Positions 38,802-48,132 of a stretch of 64,000 nucleotides of DNA are shown here, in pieces. The stretch is from a virus, in the IMG/VR virus record IMGVR_UViG_3300009082_000018, positions 1 to 64,000 of that record; one strand, given 5' to 3'. Each line of letters starts with the position of its first letter. The stretch's first letter is position 1. Under the pieces are notes generated by a model. That model did no database searches. It saw nothing but the letters and a program-made list of their open reading frames with translations, and was not told the origin of the DNA. The position numbers and the translations under genes are program-made.

Positions 38802-39809
38802 ATGTGGAAGATGATTGAGCAGGACACTATCACCTCCGACTGTTCTGGAGGAGTGCCGCCCAACGATCAGGGAGCACAGATCATGGCCAACCTGTTCTGG
38901 TGGCCAGCGATCCTGAAGATGTGCGTGGTGGTGAAGAACGCCACCGGCGGTGCGGACGACGGCAAGCTAGAGCTGTGGGCACGCAATCTGACCTCGTGGA
39001 CGAAGCTAGCGACCTCGCCCGACATCTTCGCCGGGCAACACCGAATCATGGCAGCCGTCGACGGCACGGACGGCGCGGTCGTTCTCGCAATTCATGACCT
39101 CGATGCCTCTGGGTATCGGTTCTCGAAGCTCGCCTGGAGTGACCCAAACTTCGTGTGGACCGAGCCCTATCCGGGTCTCGATGGCAGCTACTTCGGGACC
39201 GCCGGCGGGGAGGGGGGGCCTCCCATGATGTGCTCAGGCACCGACGGAGGCCGCCCGCGACTCTTCGGAAACTTCGACGACGGCCTCGGCGGTTACGCGT
39301 TCTCCTCGGCGGGGTTCGACCCCTCCGGGGGCACTGACGGGCTCGTGCTCCACCAACCTGCGCCAGCGTACATCCTGACTTACGGAATCGCTTACTTCGC
39401 TTTCGAACTCGATCCGGTGCGCGACGTGGTCGTGATCTTTGGCGGCGGGGGTGGTGATGGCCTCTACGCCAAGGTTTGGGAGAGCGCATCTCCCGCCGCG
39501 CCATTCGCAGAGGTCGAGTGGTCTGGCGCGGGCCCTTACGCGAGAAGTGGCGCTGCCATGTGCTATCACGCCGCACTCGGGAAGATGTTAATCTACGGAG
39601 GTTATGCGGGTGCGCAGAGCTACCGAGGTCGCGGTGCTTGGAGCTGGAATGGCACCCTGTGGACGAGGGAAGCAGGACTCGAGACCCAGTACAACGACCC
39701 AGTGCGCGGTGGCATTGCCAACAACCACTTCTTCCGAGACCGGACGCGCATGGCCTATGACCCGGTTCGCGGTGTTCCTGTGGTCTTCCGCGGCGTGCAG
39801 CTCGATTAG
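38802..39809 (+). CDS. Kelch-like beta-propeller protein, paralog A
   Basis: DPVRDVVVIFGG, IYGG, WNGTLW; start moved to ATG 38802 after GGAG. Confidence 0.65.
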   Translation: MWKMIEQDTITSDCSGGVPPNDQGAQIMANLFWWPAILKMCVVVKNATGGADDGKLELWARNLTSWTKLATSPDIFAGQHRIMAAVDGTDGAVVLAIHDLDASGYRFSKLAWSDPNFVWTEPYPGLDGSYFGTAGGEGGPPMMCSGTDGGRPRLFGNFDDGLGGYAFSSAGFDPSGGTDGLVLHQPAPAYILTYGIAYFAFELDPVRDVVVIFGGGGGDGLYAKVWESASPAAPFAEVEWSGAGPYARSGAAMCYHAALGKMLIYGGYAGAQSYRGRGAWSWNGTLWTREAGLETQYNDPVRGGIANNHFFRDRTRMAYDPVRGVPVVFRGVQLD

Positions 39810-39817
39810 GAGACATC

Positions 39818-40831
39818 GTGGGCTACAAGTTAGTAGAACAGGACACCATCACCTCTGACTGTGTGGATGGTCTTCCTCCGCCAGGTGAGGGTCCGGGACA
39901 CATGGTCCACCTCAACATCTTCTACTGGCCAGGCCCCAACAAGGTGTGCTTCGTCACACGCAACATCACTACCGGATACCTCGAACTCTGGACACGGACG
40001 CCCGGCAGCCCTGCGTGGACGAAGGTGTCGGACTCGGGCGCGGAATGGAACACGACCTATGAGGTGCTGGCCTGCTACGACCCTACCGATGGCGGGGTGG
40101 TGCTGGCCTACCGCGTGAATGACATCGACAGCGACTGGCGCTGGGGCAAAATCGCCTACTCGGCTCCGAACTACACCTGGAGTGCTCGGTACCCGGGAAC
40201 GACTACCGATTGGCAGTTGCAGCCAGGACTGGACCTCGTACTGTGCCGAGGCACGACGACCAATCCACGACCGCTGGTGATCGGGTGGATTCGCACACCG
40301 CCCGCAGCGTTCGCGTGGCAGTCGGCCTCCTTCGACCCCACAGTCGCCGATGGTCTCGATTACCAGTGCGCCGCTAGTGCCTTGCCATGGACGGGCACAG
40401 ATGCGATCTATGGCAGAGCTGCACTGGACGAATCGCGGGACGTGATCGTATGGGTCACGAACCAGGATGGCACACCGGAGAATCAGGGCGTGTGGGAGGG
40501 CAGCGGACTATCAGGCGACGGCTTCACCAAGGTGTCTGACGGCGCCAATGGTTTCTCGCACCGCTTCGGACACAGCGTGTGTTATCACCCCGGGTTGCAG
40601 GGAGTGATTGCGTACGGCGGATTCGATGCCATGGGCACCGGAGAGCCCATGGGGCGTGGTGCCCATCTCTGGAATGGAACTCTGTGGGTTCCCAAGCTGG
40701 GAACCGAGGTGACGTACAGCGACCCCCTCGGTGGCGAGGCCAACAATCACTTCTTCCGCTTCTTCTCGAGTATGGTTTACGACCCGGTTCGCGAGGTGCT
40801 GGTGCTCTTTCGTGGCACGCAGAAGCCGTAG
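39818..40831 (+). CDS. Kelch-like beta-propeller protein, paralog B
   Basis: Shares EQDTITSDC start and ANNHFFR...YDPVR end with paralog A. Confidence 0.65.
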   Translation: MGYKLVEQDTITSDCVDGLPPPGEGPGHMVHLNIFYWPGPNKVCFVTRNITTGYLELWTRTPGSPAWTKVSDSGAEWNTTYEVLACYDPTDGGVVLAYRVNDIDSDWRWGKIAYSAPNYTWSARYPGTTTDWQLQPGLDLVLCRGTTTNPRPLVIGWIRTPPAAFAWQSASFDPTVADGLDYQCAASALPWTGTDAIYGRAALDESRDVIVWVTNQDGTPENQGVWEGSGLSGDGFTKVSDGANGFSHRFGHSVCYHPGLQGVIAYGGFDAMGTGEPMGRGAHLWNGTLWVPKLGTEVTYSDPLGGEANNHFFRFFSSMVYDPVREVLVLFRGTQKP

Positions 40832-40840
40832 GAGATAGGT

Positions 40841-41137
40841 ATGGCATGGATCCCGAATTCGACCCTGGAGTTTCTCGAGCTGCGGCTGCAACTGCCAGCG
40901 GCGGACGCCGACCATATCGGCTGCCAGGTGGCCGCCCGTCTTCCTCCTGATGTGGAGGAGGGCTTCTCTCTGGTCGTCTACCCAGATGGGAGCGACACGA
41001 TCAACGGGGAGACCACCTACGAGATTGAGCTGCCCGGAACCTCGATCACCGTGATCGTGGGCGAGGTTGGAAACTGGTGGGGCATCGCCAAGTTCGACAT
41101 GCCAGACCCGCCGTACGAGCCAGCACCCGAGTGGTGA
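40841..41137 (+). CDS. Hypothetical acidic protein
   Basis: GGAG RBS; operon fit. Confidence 0.55.
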   Translation: MAWIPNSTLEFLELRLQLPAADADHIGCQVAARLPPDVEEGFSLVVYPDGSDTINGETTYEIELPGTSITVIVGEVGNWWGIAKFDMPDPPYEPAPEW

Positions 41138-41169
41138 GTGATATCCCCCAGGGTGAATGGGAGTAGCAA

Positions 41170-41715
41170 ATGGATGAACCGATCTGCACCTACGGCGGCG
41201 GACAGTACGGAGAGCCTGATCCTACCTATGGGGAGTGTCTGGATGAGAGTGGACCCACACCTCCTTCTCCTACTATTCTAAGGATCCTCACGGTACAACT
41301 AATCGCTGACGATGAAGTAAGGATCAAATTCTCCATCCCGATGTCTCTTGACGGACTAACCAATGTGGCCAACTACGTTTTTGCGCCGGTAGTGCAGGTC
41401 AACGAGGTTTTAGTACCAACTGCTCTTGGCAGCATCAATTATGTTGATCTACATGTCACTGGGCTGGCAAGTGGTGTGCAGTACACTTTGTCGCTCAACA
41501 ATATCGTTGACGTCAACGAAAGTGGTGTGACAGCCGAGTTGGTCTTTACACCTGGCGACACTAAGTCGACAAAGCTGATGGGTGGTCTGCCACGTATGTA
41601 CACCTCCGATATCAAGTCTCTGATGCGGCATCTTTTGGTTGCTGTTGGCATCGAGGATGAAATCATAGGTGGTGGAGACCAGGTTTCCAGGACTATATTT
41701 TCCAGGACTAGGTGA
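41170..41715 (+). CDS. Ig-like domain virion protein
   Basis: FSIPM...NY...YTLSLNNIVD; C-terminus paralogous to 36922-38064. Confidence 0.55.
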   Translation: MDEPICTYGGGQYGEPDPTYGECLDESGPTPPSPTILRILTVQLIADDEVRIKFSIPMSLDGLTNVANYVFAPVVQVNEVLVPTALGSINYVDLHVTGLASGVQYTLSLNNIVDVNESGVTAELVFTPGDTKSTKLMGGLPRMYTSDIKSLMRHLLVAVGIEDEIIGGGDQVSRTIFSRTR

Positions 41716-41718
41716 CTG

Positions 41719-42162
41719 ATGGCCAATCAAGAAAAGAATGATCTCACTGAGGTCAAGCAAAAACTCAACAGTCTCCTGGAAGCGGTACAGAGCAAGAAAG
41801 AAGAAAGTCAAAAGAGCGGCACGTCGTGGGGTTGGGTCACAGCAGCCATCGCAGCTATCCTAGCCTTCGTTGGACTAGCCTTCGCGGCCTACGATGCCTG
41901 GAAGAAGGGCCGAGAGATCGCCAAGCTAAAACACGAAATGGACAAACAAGAGGAGTTGAAGATTCAAGCTGAGATCAATGCCAAGATCACAGCTGAGAGC
42001 GACGTGCAGAAGTCACAACGGATGGTCGCAGAGCAGCTAGCCAAGCAGATTGAGAAGACTAAGAAAGAGATCATAGCGCTCGAGAAGGAACGTCTATCTG
42101 TTCATAACAAGATCGACAAGGTCACCAGCTGGGCCGACATCGATAAGCTGATGGGTAAATGA
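41719..42162 (+). CDS. Membrane-anchored coiled-coil protein (spanin-like)
   Basis: Single TM helix plus long coiled coil. Confidence 0.5.
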   Translation: MANQEKNDLTEVKQKLNSLLEAVQSKKEESQKSGTSWGWVTAAIAAILAFVGLAFAAYDAWKKGREIAKLKHEMDKQEELKIQAEINAKITAESDVQKSQRMVAEQLAKQIEKTKKEIIALEKERLSVHNKIDKVTSWADIDKLMGK

Positions 42163-42163
42163 C

Positions 42164-42625
42164 ATGCGCTACCTGATCGCAGTTCTGATCTCCATGTTGG
42201 TTGTTCCACCAACACTCAGCCTGGCCCATCCCCCGCTCTTCCGGCTGCCGGAGGGAAAGCGAGTCGAAGTCTCGGGAGAGACTCTGCAGGGCTACACGCT
42301 AGAGGAGATGAAGGTGCTCCTCAAGATGGACGCGGACCTGGAGAGCTTTTCGGAGCAGCTACCGAAGATCAAGTCCGCACTCGATGCAGCTGAGAAAGCT
42401 CTGAAGGCCAAGGACACCATGCTCGAGTCCAAGGACAAAGCGATCAGCCTGCTCACGCAAGACCGTAACCGAATCACGGAAAAGTGGACTCAGGAGAACA
42501 AATTACGGCATGAGTGTGAGAACAAACCCAAATTCGGAAGTTGGATTGCCTGGGGGCTGACGGCAGTCCTGGGTGCGACAACCGTAGCCTTGGGGATCAC
42601 TCTTGTGGTAAAAGAGACTCGTTGA
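42164..42625 (+). CDS. Exported coiled-coil protein with C-terminal TM (spanin-like)
   Basis: Signal-like N-terminus, coiled coil, C-terminal TM helix. Confidence 0.5.
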   Translation: MRYLIAVLISMLVVPPTLSLAHPPLFRLPEGKRVEVSGETLQGYTLEEMKVLLKMDADLESFSEQLPKIKSALDAAEKALKAKDTMLESKDKAISLLTQDRNRITEKWTQENKLRHECENKPKFGSWIAWGLTAVLGATTVALGITLVVKETR

Positions 42626-42672
42626 CGCTGAGAAGATCAAGCGTCATAGGCCTTGGTCTGAAGGAAACACAC

Positions 42673-42882
42673 ATGAGAAGGTTCCACCTACTTAGGCTCG
42701 AAGATGAAACTGGCACTAGTGGCAAGGGGGTGGTCGCTGAGGGCGTCAAATTCACGGATGGTGTCGTAGCGGTGCGCTGGTTGTCACCAACTCCAACGAC
42801 CGTGATCCACGACAACATAGATTCGGTGACCAAGATCCACGGTCACAACGGAAAAACTCAGATCGTCTGGAGAGACGAGTAG
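42673..42882 (+). CDS. Small conserved phage protein
   Basis: AAGGA RBS; DETGTSGKGVVAEGVKFTDG...RW...IHGHNG pattern familiar from phages. Confidence 0.65.
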   Translation: MRRFHLLRLEDETGTSGKGVVAEGVKFTDGVVAVRWLSPTPTTVIHDNIDSVTKIHGHNGKTQIVWRDE

Positions 42883-42885
42883 CCC

Positions 42886-43518
42886 ATGTGGGAATTCGTG
42901 AAAAGTGCGCCTTGGACCTGGGCAGTTGGTGCCTTGATCTTTGTTTCTGCAATCGTGGGTGTTGTCTGGGGTGTGGTGAGACACCACGATCGGGGCTTCA
43001 TGAAGCGTGGCACCAACACGCTTCAGTGGGGCAAATCTGACATCCCCTTAAAGATCAAATACACCCGACAGGTTCATAGCACCTATGTGGAGCTAGCAAA
43101 GCTCTGCACTGCTCAGCTCAACAATCGATTGGGCAAGCTTATCTTTGATCCTGTGCTTGACCGGTACGAAGACAGCGGAAACCTGACCAAGATCGACGTG
43201 CTTCTGGACAAGTTGGACATACCCTTCAGTGCAGTTGAGGCACCAGATGGATCGGTGAGGGTCGAGGACAACGTAGGTGGCCGCACCGACGTGTACGACA
43301 ACGCCGGCCGAATCGTGTTGGCCAAAGTCCTCATGCCTGATCCAGCCAAGGGCTGGGCCAACGGTACAATGCTTACACATCTGAGGCACGAGCTAGGCCA
43401 TGCACTTGGATTGGACCACGATGACAAGAAGGATTCTGTGATGCACCAGGTCTCAGAACAGCGGACCAAGGATTTCACAGCTTCTGATCTTGATAGGCTG
43501 AAAAAAACGTACTTGTAG
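42886..43518 (+). CDS. Membrane-anchored matrixin-like (metzincin) zinc protease
   Basis: HELGHALGLDH plus Met-turn SVM; N-terminal TM. Confidence 0.85.
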   Translation: MWEFVKSAPWTWAVGALIFVSAIVGVVWGVVRHHDRGFMKRGTNTLQWGKSDIPLKIKYTRQVHSTYVELAKLCTAQLNNRLGKLIFDPVLDRYEDSGNLTKIDVLLDKLDIPFSAVEAPDGSVRVEDNVGGRTDVYDNAGRIVLAKVLMPDPAKGWANGTMLTHLRHELGHALGLDHDDKKDSVMHQVSEQRTKDFTASDLDRLKKTYL

Positions 43519-43537
43519 CTTCTTCTACGCGGAGTTG

Positions 43538-43993
43538 ATGATGGACCAACGGCCTGGCGGCTCGATCCTTTTTCTAATCTTCTGCGAGCACACAGTCTTC
43601 TTCAAACTGGACTCGATCTTCCCTGAGTGCTACCTACATCGGGATCAGATGCCACGTACTGATCCTTTGATGTGTTTGTACTCGAACTGCCCAGGGAACA
43701 AGAACTGCATGGAGACTCTAGCCAAGCGGATCTTCGTTCTATTCCATGAGGTCATTACCCAGGCTGATCTGATTGTCCTCTACTACCGCAAGCAGACCTC
43801 AGATAGCCTTGGCGCCGGACTCTTTTGGAAGGACATGCGGGAGCCCAGGTACATCACCATGAATCCGTCTGCTTGGGACCTCATCAAAACCCGTGGTCTG
43901 GTCTTCCAATTCACACCGGGACCCTACTTTTTCCTTACTGGTTCTGCACCGCCCCCGAAAGAGGAGACCGAGAGCGAAAAAAGTGCTCTCTAG
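43538..43993 (+). CDS. Hypothetical protein
   Basis: Long ORF in operon. Confidence 0.5.
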   Translation: MMDQRPGGSILFLIFCEHTVFFKLDSIFPECYLHRDQMPRTDPLMCLYSNCPGNKNCMETLAKRIFVLFHEVITQADLIVLYYRKQTSDSLGAGLFWKDMREPRYITMNPSAWDLIKTRGLVFQFTPGPYFFLTGSAPPPKEETESEKSAL

Positions 43994-44037
43994 GACCCTC
44001 GAGAACTGTATAAAGGTATGTGACAACACCAATCACA

Positions 44038-44619
44038 CCAAAGAAGCCGGTCGTCGGCCGCAACGAGGCAGACCAGCATCCTGAGCTGAATGGGGCCCAC
44101 CTCCTAGTCTCCGTGGGGCTCAAGAAGCGCTGGTCCAAGAAACCAACCTACTGGATCGAGATCTACGGCAAGCACGAAGCTCGGCCTAGTGGTCACCCGC
44201 CCCCTTCAGCGACGAAGATCATCCGCTTCTACGTCTTCCGCCAGTGGTCCTTCATCAAAGGATCCATGTTCGATGAAAACCGTGAGTTGGTGGCGGGAGG
44301 ATTCTTGATCCCGACGTGTTTCACCCAGGTCCGGGCGGCGTTGGAGGTGAGCACTGAGATTGTGCGCAAACAGGTTGCTGACAAGGGCTATGATGTGTGC
44401 GATGTCAACATCCCCGATGAGGTGCAAAAGGCTACGTGGGGGATGCTACTTCTGAGCGAGCTAAACACGCACAAGGACATCTTTTTCAAGATCAGCAACG
44501 ACAAGGGCCAGCAGCGTGCAGAGGAAGCTACAGAGATCAAGATGATGGCCAAGCCACCCGCCAAAAAGGTAGACTTCTGGGACACAGCTCGACAACGTGA
44601 GAAGAAAGCCAAATGGTAG
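44038..44619 (+). CDS. Hypothetical protein (start uncertain; track gives 44020)
   Basis: Long ORF overlapping the helicase start. Confidence 0.5.
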   Translation, partial: PKKPVVGRNEADQHPELNGAHLLVSVGLKKRWSKKPTYWIEIYGKHEARPSGHPPPSATKIIRFYVFRQWSFIKGSMFDENRELVAGGFLIPTCFTQVRAALEVSTEIVRKQVADKGYDVCDVNIPDEVQKATWGMLLLSELNTHKDIFFKISNDKGQQRAEEATEIKMMAKPPAKKVDFWDTARQREKKAKW

Positions 44620-46061
44620 CTTATGACAAATCCTGCACCATTGTGATCAACGGTGCAGATGCCTGCATCGAAGGGATCGTCCCCTGGAACACGGTGATCG
44701 ACGCGACCAGCTACTTCTCGCCCGGCTACCAGTTCAGTCCTCGCTTCCGCATGCATCAGTGGGATGGTAGGATCAAGCTCTTCAAGCTGCGGACTCGATC
44801 TTTCCCAGCTGGCCTGACAAAGGATGTCCAGACCGCCCTCTCAGAGATCGGCGTCAAGACACACGTTGACGAGCGGCGAAAGATGCCGGCGCTTCCGCCC
44901 CTCGATGTCAATTGGACGCGAGGACTTGAGCTGGAGGGGGTCAATTTCGCGTACCCGTACGACTACCAGACAGACGTGGCTGAGAAGATGCTCGAGGCCC
45001 AGCGAGGCATCGTGGCCATCGCCACCAACGGGGGCAAGACCGAGATTGCTTGCCTCGTGACCGCTGCCCTGCGCCTTCCCACGCTGTTCCTGGTGCCGGG
45101 CAAGGAATTGCTCCATCAGACGGCCAAACGCTTCACCAAGCGGCTCAGGCTGCCCGAGAGCGACCCCTGTGGGGTAGTTGGGGACGGCATCTGGAAGGAG
45201 GGCTCCTGGGTCACGGTAGCTTCGGTCCCCACCCTCTTCCAGAGCCTGGCCAAGGAACGTGGCAGGAAGCTCCTGGAGCGCTCCCAGCTCGTCTTCGCGG
45301 ATGAATGCCATCATACCGGGGCGGACAGCTGGTATCTCGTCCTGAGGGCCTGCAACGCGTTCTTCCGGTACGGGATGAGCGGCACTCCCCTGAAGCGTAC
45401 AGACGGGGCAGATCTGCGGCTCGTGGGTGTCACAGGTCCACTCATCGCGGAAATTCGCAACAAGGAGCTGATCCAACGGGGCATCTCGAACAAGGTGAAA
45501 ATCGAGATAATCCGCATAGATCAGCCCGACGACATCGACCCAGCAACGCCCTACCAGGACGTGTACCAGATCGGCATCGTCGAAAATCCCTATCGAAACA
45601 GGGCGTTGTGCAAGAAGATCGAGGAGAAGGTCGCCGCCAAGAAGAGCGTCATCGTGCTCGTCAAGGAGATCTTCCACGGTGACAGGTTGGATGAGAACCT
45701 GTGGAAGTACTGTAAATTTGTACCCCACAAGTTCATCAACGGCCAGGAGACCTCCGAGGTCAGACAGCGTGCTCTGGCTGAGTTCGAGAGCGGCGCTCTG
45801 AAGGTGCTGATCGCCACGTCGATCTTGGATGAGGGAGTGGACATCCCCAACATCGACGTGATGGTGCTGGCAGGTGGAGGCAAGTCGTCAATCAAGACGC
45901 TGCAGCGGATCGGTCGAGGTCTCCGCAGAGGAGGATCATCGGACACCCTTGAGGTGGTGGACACAGCCGACTTCACCCACGAGTACCTCCTGAAGCACAG
46001 TCTGCAGCGCCTCGAGGACTATAAGGCCGAAGACTGCTTCGAGATCATCGTTGCGAGGTAA
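44613..46061 (+). CDS. Superfamily II (UvsW-like) helicase
   Basis: ATNGGKT, DECHH, SGTP, EGVDIP, QRIGRGLR. Confidence 0.9.
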   Translation: MVAYDKSCTIVINGADACIEGIVPWNTVIDATSYFSPGYQFSPRFRMHQWDGRIKLFKLRTRSFPAGLTKDVQTALSEIGVKTHVDERRKMPALPPLDVNWTRGLELEGVNFAYPYDYQTDVAEKMLEAQRGIVAIATNGGKTEIACLVTAALRLPTLFLVPGKELLHQTAKRFTKRLRLPESDPCGVVGDGIWKEGSWVTVASVPTLFQSLAKERGRKLLERSQLVFADECHHTGADSWYLVLRACNAFFRYGMSGTPLKRTDGADLRLVGVTGPLIAEIRNKELIQRGISNKVKIEIIRIDQPDDIDPATPYQDVYQIGIVENPYRNRALCKKIEEKVAAKKSVIVLVKEIFHGDRLDENLWKYCKFVPHKFINGQETSEVRQRALAEFESGALKVLIATSILDEGVDIPNIDVMVLAGGGKSSIKTLQRIGRGLRRGGSSDTLEVVDTADFTHEYLLKHSLQRLEDYKAEDCFEIIVAR

Positions 46062-46068
46062 GTCTTTC

Positions 46069-46353
46069 ATGGCTACTACGTGGAAGGGGAGTCGTCCACA
46101 AGACTTCACAATCACCATGAGTGGGCCACACCAGTTTCAACCTGGGATGCTCATCAATATCGACACTGGTGACGGCAAAAAGAAGCAATGTATGATCACA
46201 GAGATCGTCGATAGGCACACGTTGCAGCTCGCAGAGCTAACAGCGCAAGAGCAGTCCTTTGGATCACCTGTGGTGTATGGGATGATCAGGCCAGAGAAGG
46301 AACGTACGGACATCGTCAGGCGTGAGGATGCGCCCTACAAGGACATCGAGTGA
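46069..46353 (+). CDS. Hypothetical protein
   Basis: ATG after helicase stop. Confidence 0.45.
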   Translation: MATTWKGSRPQDFTITMSGPHQFQPGMLINIDTGDGKKKQCMITEIVDRHTLQLAELTAQEQSFGSPVVYGMIRPEKERTDIVRREDAPYKDIE

Positions 46354-46623
46354 TCAAGCAGCCTTCGGATAGGCCTCGTCGATCAAGTCCGCCACAGGGG
46401 CGTCCCGGTCGTGGTCTCCGAAGAACCGCTGATCTGGCGCACGCTCTACCAGCTGGGCTGAGTGTACCGCTCCCGTTGGTACTACAGGTACTGGGACGGA
46501 AGCGCATACGACAGCGTTGGAACACACCAGACATAGTCTGGCGTGTGCTAGGCCGTACAGGCCTGGCAGGGCTGGGTGAGCTGGGGCCCCGCATCTGTCG
46601 CAACGAAGGTACATGGTCTCCAC
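46354..46623 (-). CDS. Small putative Zn-finger protein
   Basis: CDRC...CLVC; stop abuts the stop of the + strand neighbour. Confidence 0.45.
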   Translation of the reverse strand: METMYLRCDRCGAPAHPALPGLYGLAHARLCLVCSNAVVCASVPVPVVPTGAVHSAQLVERAPDQRFFGDHDRDAPVADLIDEAYPKAA

Positions 46624-46681
46624 TCAGTAAGCATCGATCCAAGTTGTGGTCGATTGAGATCAAAAGTCAAGAGGTTTTTTC

Positions 46682-46918
46682 ATGGATACCGTGATCCACA
46701 TCAGCCCTGTTGGTTGGTGGGTCTCCTATAAGAAGGACCAATGGACCGGTCCCTTCAAGGATGAGAACGAGGCCCACGAAGCGGCCAAGGTGATTGTGCC
46801 GATGATCTATCCGGAGTACCAGCTACTACGGGTCATGCCGTGGGAACGGAAGACCTGTCCCAACGTCTACAACGAATTGTTGACGAAGAAGAATAGGAGA
46901 TCGAAATGCCAGGACTGA
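46682..46918 (+). CDS. Hypothetical protein
   Basis: GAGG RBS; GPFKxExEA pattern. Confidence 0.5.
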   Translation: MDTVIHISPVGWWVSYKKDQWTGPFKDENEAHEAAKVIVPMIYPEYQLLRVMPWERKTCPNVYNELLTKKNRRSKCQD

Positions 46919-47691
46919 TCATCAATGGCAAAGAAGAACTGGTTGATGGACTCACCATCATCAACTACAAGGACGAGCCCAAGCTCAAGCTCAAGGCGGG
47001 CGAAGACATGCGGGCGCGCAAGACCCGCTGGATTCGTTCGATCGTCCTGCACAACACCAAGAACATCCAAACCAAGGTCAAGGCTGGCTTTGGTCCCTCC
47101 ACCAATCTCGGCAAGCGCATCGCCGATCTTTGGGCCACGAGCAGCAAAAACGCTGGTGCTCACCTGTCCGTGGACTGGGACGGGACGGTCTACTGCCACG
47201 CAGATCTACTTCAGGATGCGACCTACCACGCAAGTTCGATGAATGAGGTCTCGATCGGAATCGAGATCTACGAGGATGGGAAGGGCGTGGTGTACGAGGG
47301 CCAGCTCGACGTCGTGGTCAAACTCGTGGTCTGGCTCTGCCGGCGCTTTGGTATCCAGATGCAGATGCCGATCGCCATGGACAACTCCGAGATCTCTCGG
47401 ATCAAGCGTGGCGGCGAAGACTGTGTAGGGGTGTTCGGTCACTGCCACCAGAACCACAAGGACAAGGCCCACGACCCTGGCATCGACATCTTCAAGCGCC
47501 TGAAAGCCGATGCTGGGTTCAAGGAGTTCGACTTCGCTCATCAGGGCATGCCTGATGACATCAAGTACTGGATGATCACCCAGAAGGCACTCGATCTCGT
47601 AATCGACGGTGTGCCTGGCCCCAAGACCTGCGACGCACTCCAGGCTCGTGGGTTTGCCAACGGTCTCTACGACTGGAAGACGACACTGTGA
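46906..47691 (+). CDS. Endolysin: N-acetylmuramoyl-L-alanine amidase (Amidase_2) plus PG-binding domain
   Basis: IVLHNT, AHLSV, YHA..MNEVSIGIE, GH, DPG; DGVPGPKT. Confidence 0.85.
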   Translation: MPGLIINGKEELVDGLTIINYKDEPKLKLKAGEDMRARKTRWIRSIVLHNTKNIQTKVKAGFGPSTNLGKRIADLWATSSKNAGAHLSVDWDGTVYCHADLLQDATYHASSMNEVSIGIEIYEDGKGVVYEGQLDVVVKLVVWLCRRFGIQMQMPIAMDNSEISRIKRGGEDCVGVFGHCHQNHKDKAHDPGIDIFKRLKADAGFKEFDFAHQGMPDDIKYWMITQKALDLVIDGVPGPKTCDALQARGFANGLYDWKTTL

Positions 47692-47948
47692 TCTTGAAAT
47701 TCAACAATAGCCAACAAGCCAGGTTGTTGGCAGAGCTGACAGGTGATCTGGTTCAAATCGAAGAGGCCGAGATCAAACACCCAACACTTGACCACATGTG
47801 CATGTTGGTTGGCAGTGTGAGAGATGGTGGTCGTACCAAGCTCTGGTTGCGGTTGGAGGAGGTTTCTGAACTGACTTCTGCTGTTGATCCTATTCGTAGA
47901 CCGCCGATTAGAATGAAAAAGAAACCACCACCCATGAGGCAAAAATGA
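47688..47948 (+). CDS. Hypothetical protein
   Basis: GTGA overlap with the endolysin stop. Confidence 0.5.
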   Translation: MILKFNNSQQARLLAELTGDLVQIEEAEIKHPTLDHMCMLVGSVRDGGRTKLWLRLEEVSELTSAVDPIRRPPIRMKKKPPPMRQK

Positions 47949-47979
47949 GAACCGTGATCATTTTGAAGGCACCAAAGCC

Positions 47980-48132
47980 GTGAAGTGTAGCAGAAGAGAA
48001 GATCGTCGTCGTCTTCGAGGTGGCTCGCAACTGACGCGTAAGAAGCGTCGACGAAATCGTATGCTGCGTCTGGTTCTCACTAGACGAAATCGCAGGGTAC
48101 AGCGACAACAACTGGCCCAAGAGGAATTATGA
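47980..48132 (+). CDS. Small Arg-rich protein (not in ORF track)
   Basis: 50 codons from GTG; stop overlaps the methylase ATG (ATGA). Confidence 0.4.
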   Translation: MKCSRREDRRRLRGGSQLTRKKRRRNRMLRLVLTRRNRRVQRQQLAQEEL

